DNA of 64,000 nucleotides from Fibrobacterota bacterium (GTDB lineage: Bacteria > Fibrobacterota > Fibrobacteria > UBA11236): NCBI GenBank assembly GCA_019509785.1, contig JAEKLQ010000027.1, forward strand, positions 25,755 through 89,754. The letters run 5' to 3'. The first letter of the stretch is position 1. Each line of letters begins with the position of its first letter. The notes below the pieces were generated by a model that ran no database searches, was not told the origin of the DNA, and worked only from the letters and a program-made list of their open reading frames with translations. Position numbers and translations under genes: made by a program. Below, one piece after another: positions 61,014-64,000 of the stretch.

Positions 61014-62783
61014 CTAGGGAATAAGGAGCGCGCCCGAGCTGGCCTTTTGCGCAACGTTGACCCGTACCATGTACATCCCGCGGCTGAGCGTAGAGGTATT
61101 CAGGCGAACCTCGGAGCCCATGACCCCACGCATTTCCAAGCGCTTGGCGCCGCGCAGGTCATAGACCGCGATATCCTTGGGAGCCGATGCGTCGCCAAGG
61201 AAGCGCAGGATATTCCCATCCTTCCCGGATATCATCCTCCAGGCGGCTTCCGGCGCCTTGGAGGCTACTCCCGTAGTCGGCTGGAATTTGTAATCCGTTC
61301 CCGGGCCGAACTTGTTCAGGGTATAGAGCGCGAAATTGGCGAAGAGGGCGGTACCGTCATCAGCCGTGATGTTGGAGAAGTTGATTTTCACGACCCGGCC
61401 CGTCTGCAAGCCGGATAGGGTCAAGGTCGCATGCAGCTTATCGGCCGAAAGGACGGCCGAGCTCACAGTCAGGTTCGTCGCATTCGACATGTTGCCGGCG
61501 CCATAACCCGAAGCGGGGATATTCTGCCAGATGCGCGCCTTGTAATTGGCGGCCACCGCGGCCGATGCTCCCGCCGGCTTGGTGAACTCGATGTCGAAGC
61601 TGTTGTTGGAGCGATTGCGGACGGCCAGCACGTCGAAGGCCAACTTGCCGTTGGGCGCCAGGACGTCAAAGCCCGAAACCATCGCGGCTCGCCCGTTCCA
61701 GCTTCCCGAACTTCCCGCCAGCCCCAGGTAGATCCGGCCGGCCGGGCCCTCCTTGATGCGGAACACCCCGTCGATGCCGCTCTTCACGAAGGGAATGACG
61801 CATCCCTGCAAATCGCCGCCGACGTTCTCGGTGAATACCCGGACGATCTTGTTCGCATGGTCCTGTACGGTTTCCCCCACCAGCATCTGGCCGGCATACG
61901 TCCCCTGGCTCAGCACCGCGCCGTTCCCCCAGGATCGGCCGGTCGCATCGGTCCCGTCCGCGTAATTGGACCAGGCCAAGGGAGGGGTTTCGGCATTGTT
62001 GTTGGCGGTCTGGCAGGCGTTGGCCGGATTGGTCTGGTGCCCGTAGAACTTTCCCGCCTTGACGTTGATCACCTTGGACGAAGGCAACCAAGTTCCCTGG
62101 TTATCGGTGACGAAGAGGTCCTCGCCGTTGGTCCACATGCCGTTGGGATTGCGGAAGCCGCAGGCGTAGGCCGAGCTGGTTCCGTCCTTGTTGAGCTTAT
62201 AGAGCGTGGAGCGTCCCGGCAGGGCCGAGCCCCCGTACTCGGGAGAACCCCAATCCGGGCCGCCGATATGCACGTCCGACGACAAGGCGGCGTAGAAGGA
62301 CCCGTTCAGGTAGCCCAGATCATAGGCGAAGTTCAGCATCCCGTTGTCCGAAGGGAAGGCCTCGTTGATGCTGTTGTATTGATCGGCCACCCCGTCGCTG
62401 TCGGTATCGAGGAGCTGGGTCAGGGCTTCCTTCTCCATCACGTAGATGACGTTGTCCACGATTTTCAGGCCCATGGCATTGTCCAAGCCCGTGGCGAAAC
62501 GCGTCACCTTGATCCCGCTGGAACCCTTGTCCAGGCCCGAGAAGATGAACACCGAACCCGGAATGCCCCATTCCACCAAGGCCACCCGGCCGTCCGGAAA
62601 CACGTCCATGCCGCCCGTGAGGGGTAAGGCCGCGTTCAAGGCCGGGGGCGTGAAAAGGTTGGATGGGGTGAAGGTAGCGCCCTCGCGCGTGTAGGAGGGA
62701 TGGACTTGGGCCATGGCGGCACTGGCGGCCAGGCAGGGAATCAGCAGGGAGTACAAAGGATTCTTCATGTTGCTTCCTCTCAA
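61014..62783 (-). CDS. Secreted beta-propeller protein (possible PQQ/soluble sugar dehydrogenase-like) with T9SS-type C-terminal domain
   Basis: Signal peptide. Repeated beta-propeller blades. C-term VYDLRGAKRLEMRGVMGSEVRLNTSTLSRGMYMVRV is sorting-domain-like. The functional family is tentative. Confidence 0.5.
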   Translation of the reverse strand: MRGSNMKNPLYSLLIPCLAASAAMAQVHPSYTREGATFTPSNLFTPPALNAALPLTGGMDVFPDGRVALVEWGIPGSVFIFSGLDKGSSGIKVTRFATGLDNAMGLKIVDNVIYVMEKEALTQLLDTDSDGVADQYNSINEAFPSDNGMLNFAYDLGYLNGSFYAALSSDVHIGGPDWGSPEYGGSALPGRSTLYKLNKDGTSSAYACGFRNPNGMWTNGEDLFVTDNQGTWLPSSKVINVKAGKFYGHQTNPANACQTANNNAETPPLAWSNYADGTDATGRSWGNGAVLSQGTYAGQMLVGETVQDHANKIVRVFTENVGGDLQGCVIPFVKSGIDGVFRIKEGPAGRIYLGLAGSSGSWNGRAAMVSGFDVLAPNGKLAFDVLAVRNRSNNSFDIEFTKPAGASAAVAANYKARIWQNIPASGYGAGNMSNATNLTVSSAVLSADKLHATLTLSGLQTGRVVKINFSNITADDGTALFANFALYTLNKFGPGTDYKFQPTTGVASKAPEAAWRMISGKDGNILRFLGDASAPKDIAVYDLRGAKRLEMRGVMGSEVRLNTSTLSRGMYMVRVNVAQKASSGALLIP

Positions 62784-63454
62784 TTCCAGGTCCCGTTGAG
62801 GGTGGCGGTGCCATTTGCCGAAATGGTCAGGTACATCGGATTGGTGCCCGAGATGGCGCCACCGCTTTGGGCCGTCCAGGTCTCGGTGGCTACGCCTCCG
62901 TTGAGCTTCAGGCGCACGCTTTGGCCCGTGCCGAGCCCGCTCACGGCGATGGCCCGGCGGATGCCGCCGCTGCCGCCCGCCACGTACTCCGGCGTCTCAG
63001 CGATCTCCACCGTGTTGGCGCTGGCGAGGATGGAGTAGCGGAAGGTGACCGCATTGCCTTTCAAGGTATAGCCGCGGAAAACCGTGCGGGACGTGGCCGT
63101 GGCGCCGTTGTCCTGGAAATCCCACAAGGCGGCCGCCTTGTTCTGGTGCAGGATGGCCCCTCCGCTGAAGGTCTGCACCTGCCCATATGTCGTCTGGGTG
63201 TAGGCGGAGTTGTTGTCTTTGGCGGTGCCGGTACGGGTCATGAACAGGCCGCCGTTTTCGGTGCTGTAGAACGCCGTGAAATTGGCGTTCAGGAGGACCG
63301 CCACCAATCGGTTCTTGTTACCGCTCGGCCGGGAGGCGTTATCCAGGTTAAGGGCCGTCCGATATACCCACGGATCCCGCGGGCGGGTTTGGGAGAAAGC
63401 CGTAGCGGCCAGGGCAAATACCATCGTACTGGTTATCCATCCCTTCATTTCCAT
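62780..63454 (-). CDS. Secreted hypothetical protein (Thr/Ala/Gly-rich beta protein)
   Basis: Signal peptide. 4-nt overlap with the downstream propeller gene. Confidence 0.45.
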   Translation of the reverse strand: MEMKGWITSTMVFALAATAFSQTRPRDPWVYRTALNLDNASRPSGNKNRLVAVLLNANFTAFYSTENGGLFMTRTGTAKDNNSAYTQTTYGQVQTFSGGAILHQNKAAALWDFQDNGATATSRTVFRGYTLKGNAVTFRYSILASANTVEIAETPEYVAGGSGGIRRAIAVSGLGTGQSVRLKLNGGVATETWTAQSGGAISGTNPMYLTISANGTATLNGTWN

Positions 63455-63515
63455 TCCTCCTGATAAAAAGTGGCTATAGTCGTAGGCAGCAAGTAGGTCC
63501 AGGATACGAGCCGCG

Positions 63516-63995
63516 TCAGATGCCCCAAGCGATCTGGGTCATCCAATACCAATCCCCTTTGCCGACCGTGATCTCGTTATGGTCGAATTGCGGACCGTAG
63601 AAATAACGGGAAGACACCATTCGCATATGGTCGTTCGCGGCTTGGCCCGAAATGGTAATGAACTTCCCGATCTTCTTCTGGACCAGCAGGCTCCATTTGA
63701 AATCATCGTGCTTGGCCAGATCATTCCAATCGTTTTTGGAAGCGACGGTGTCCGAAGGGATGGGGAATATCGGAAGCGGAATGGCCTCGTTCGCGATCTG
63801 GGCCGTATTGTTGAGCCAAGGGGATTTGAACCACTCTACTTGCAAGGAGATGAGGTCGAGAAAGCGGAAGCCGGGGAGGTTCACGCCGGCCATGATGGGC
63901 ATACGTTCCGATCTCTTGGTATAGAAAACCGGATAGTTGCGCACCCCGAGCAGGGCCACTTCCGAATAAAACTTCAAATCCTCGGGGCCGAACAT
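63516..63995 (-). CDS. Hypothetical secreted/outer-membrane-associated protein, possibly N-terminally truncated by window edge
   Basis: ORF open to within 5 nt of the window end. Trp/aromatic-rich. No recognisable domain. Confidence 0.4.
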   Translation of the reverse strand: MFGPEDLKFYSEVALLGVRNYPVFYTKRSERMPIMAGVNLPGFRFLDLISLQVEWFKSPWLNNTAQIANEAIPLPIFPIPSDTVASKNDWNDLAKHDDFKWSLLVQKKIGKFITISGQAANDHMRMVSSRYFYGPQFDHNEITVGKGDWYWMTQIAWGI

Positions 63996-64000
63996 GTCCG

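Noticed and set aside
61431-62627. 398-aa plus-strand ORF
   Set aside because: Antisense to the secreted beta-propeller gene.

Overview
Gene-dense (~90% coding), high-GC (~65-67%) bacterial chromosomal window with about 53 protein-coding genes and no rRNA, CRISPR array or recognisable transposase. I found no tRNA by eye, but tRNAscan or Infernal could not be run. Several secreted enzymes end in T9SS-type C-terminal sorting domains, Hanks-type kinase and sigma-54 signalling are present, and one gene resembles the TIGR02147 family. Together these point to a high-GC member of the FCB superphylum, possibly Gemmatimonadota- or Fibrobacterota-like. That placement is inference only.

Core housekeeping genes are mutS, scpA-scpB, glmS-glmM, rimO, rpsU, lipA, the cysD-cysN-cysC sulfate-activation operon, clpB, a small Hsp20, glutathione peroxidase, plsC, an RsuA/RluB-type pseudouridine synthase, pterin-4a-carbinolamine dehydratase and an flgB-like gene with no neighbouring rod genes.

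Accessory content includes a 938-aa BNR/Asp-box repeat lipoprotein, a partial TPR protein (more than 780 aa, truncated at the window edge), an expansin-like DPBB protein, a phospholipase C/AcpA-family phosphoesterase and a tandem SGNH esterase. A 3-ketoglycoside-type catabolic cluster lies at 53.6-62.8 kb: ThuA, a xylose-isomerase-like TIM barrel, two Gfo/Idh/MocA oxidoreductases, a DUF1080 hydrolase and a secreted beta-propeller.

The most interesting items, in order:
1. A translationally coupled operon at 32.3-38.5 kb: Ser/Thr kinase, TPR/TM protein, FHA-domain sigma-54 enhancer-binding protein, lipoprotein.
2. Canonical sigma-54 -24/-12 promoters, one with an upstream palindrome, in front of hsp20 and clpB. 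This suggests sigma-54-dependent heat-shock control.
3. A heptamer-based (GGGTACA/GGGTTAA) hairpin element present in two copies, between scpB and mutS and between two sugar-catabolism genes.
4. CysN fused to a degenerate APS-kinase-like domain next to an intact CysC.
5. Two polytopic membrane proteins translationally coupled to mutS.
6. A 270-bp AT-rich island upstream of cysD.

Many long ORFs in the supplied six-frame track are GC-rich antisense or frame-shadow artefacts and were rejected.
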